DNA from: Azolla caroliniana | Lineage: Eukaryota; Plantae; Polypodiophyta | DNA: 23,083 nt | Assembly (NCBI GenBank): GCA_043228905.1 | Contig: JBHGNT010000489.1 | Span: 1 to 23,083 of the forward strand | Direction: 5' to 3' | Shown here: positions 22,178 to 23,083 of the stretch, one piece after another | Layout of the letters: each line of letters starts with the position of its first letter | How positions within the stretch are numbered: position 1 is the first letter of the stretch | The notes under the pieces: generated by a model | Database searches by the model: none | Told to the model about the DNA's origin: nothing | Seen by the model: only the letters and a program-made list of their open reading frames with translations | Translations under genes and position numbers: made by a program

Positions 22178-22808
22178 TGTCTTTCTTGTACATTCGGCCG
22201 TCTTGTGACGAGGGGACCGTTCGGGCTTGCCCATGCACCTCTCCTCCTCATAAAGGCGTACGAGCATTTGTGTGTGTGTTTGTGTCTTCCTTGTACATTC
22301 GGCCGTCTTGTGACGAGGGGACCGTTCGGGCTTGCCCATGCACCTCTCCTCCTCATAAAGGCGTACGAGCATTTGTGTGTGTGTTTGTGTCTTCCTTGTA
22401 CATTCGGCCGTCTTGTGACGAGGGAACCGTTCGGGCTTTGCCCATGCACCTCTCCTCCTCATAAAGGCGTACGAGTATTTGTGTGTGTGTTTGTGTCTTC
22501 CTTGTACATTTGTCCGTCTTGTGACGAGGGGACCGTTCGGGCTTGCCCATGCACCTCTCCTCCTCATAAAGACGTAAGAGCATTTGTGTGTGTGTTTGTG
22601 TCTTCCTCGTACGTTCGGCCGTCTTGTGACGAGGGGACCATTCGGGCTTGCCCATGCACCTCTCCTCCTCATAAGGCGTACGAGCATTTTGTGCATGGGT
22701 TTTGTGTCTTCCTCGTACGTTCGAGGTCTTGTGACGAGGGAGCGTTTGAGCGCGCCCATGCACCTCTCCTCCTCATAAAGACATACAGACATTCGTGTTT
22801 GTGTTATC
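22178..22808. repeat. 6 x ~105-bp tandem repeat in F2
   Basis: Unit GTGTCTTCCTTGTACATTCGGCCGTCTTGTGACGAGGGGACC...GAGCATTTGTGTGTGTGTTT; single copy in F1 near 11207-11310. Confidence 0.93.
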
Positions 22809-23083
22809 GTCCCCTTGTGCATTCATGTTGCGTGGTCATCTTGCTTGTACCTGTTTGGTTACTTGGCTCGTACGATGATCTCGGAAGGTCGACGAGTCGT
22901 GATCAATGAGAGCCACCGGCCTCACAAAGCAAAGGGCAACGAGACCTTGCTCGGGAAGGGGTCGGGAAGTAGTATTGTCGTAAAGCAAACCTCGGGTCTT
23001 CTCTATCCCTTGAGTACTCCCTAGTCCGAGACCCCCGTGGTCCCGCCCAAGTAACACACGTGCGCGAAACTTCGTGACAACGC

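Larger units (their letters stand above)
11698..23079 (+). mobile_element. F2: LTR-like unit (~1.77 kb net) split by element E
   Basis: TGTC...GACA termini; homologous to F1 on both sides of E; TATA near 12083. Confidence 0.75.

Noticed and set aside
22178-22808. Hammerhead ribozyme (retrozyme) in the 105-bp or 54-bp repeats
   Set aside because: GTGACGAG and CGGATGAG resemble CTGANGA, but the exact core and a correctly placed GAAA are missing on both strands.

Overview
This window is entirely nested LTR-retrotransposon DNA from a plant genome and contains no host gene. The host is probably a non-seed plant (moss, fern or lycophyte), inferred from a Tcn1-like chromovirus with a canonical chromodomain. 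From left to right: (C) the 5' part of a minus-strand element with an LTR at 1962-2399, a tRNA-iMet PBS, a long leader with a probable intron, and a gag-like ORF running off the left edge; (A) a plus-strand chromovirus pol pseudogene (PR-RT-RH-INT-chromodomain) with PPT and 3' LTR; (B) a minus-strand gag relic with a tRNA-Arg PBS, whose LTR is interrupted by a Copia-type LTR (G) carrying 8 x 54-bp repeats; (D) a second chromovirus-type 3' LTR plus PPT and a 48-bp array; (F1, F2) two related LTR-like units, the second apparently inserted near the end of the first; and (E) a complete 9.6-kb non-chromovirus Ty3/gypsy element (12277-21885, 434-bp LTRs, TSD CGTTT) with gag-pol and a ~1000-codon extra ORF. 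The most striking observation is that element E has no polypurine tract. In its place, 2 nt from the 3' LTR, is an inverted tRNA-Arg primer-binding site, which suggests tRNA-primed plus-strand synthesis, while its ordinary PBS is overwritten by a copy of that same LTR end. Also notable are antisense tRNA-like A/B-box modules at the U3 tips of both chromovirus-type LTRs.
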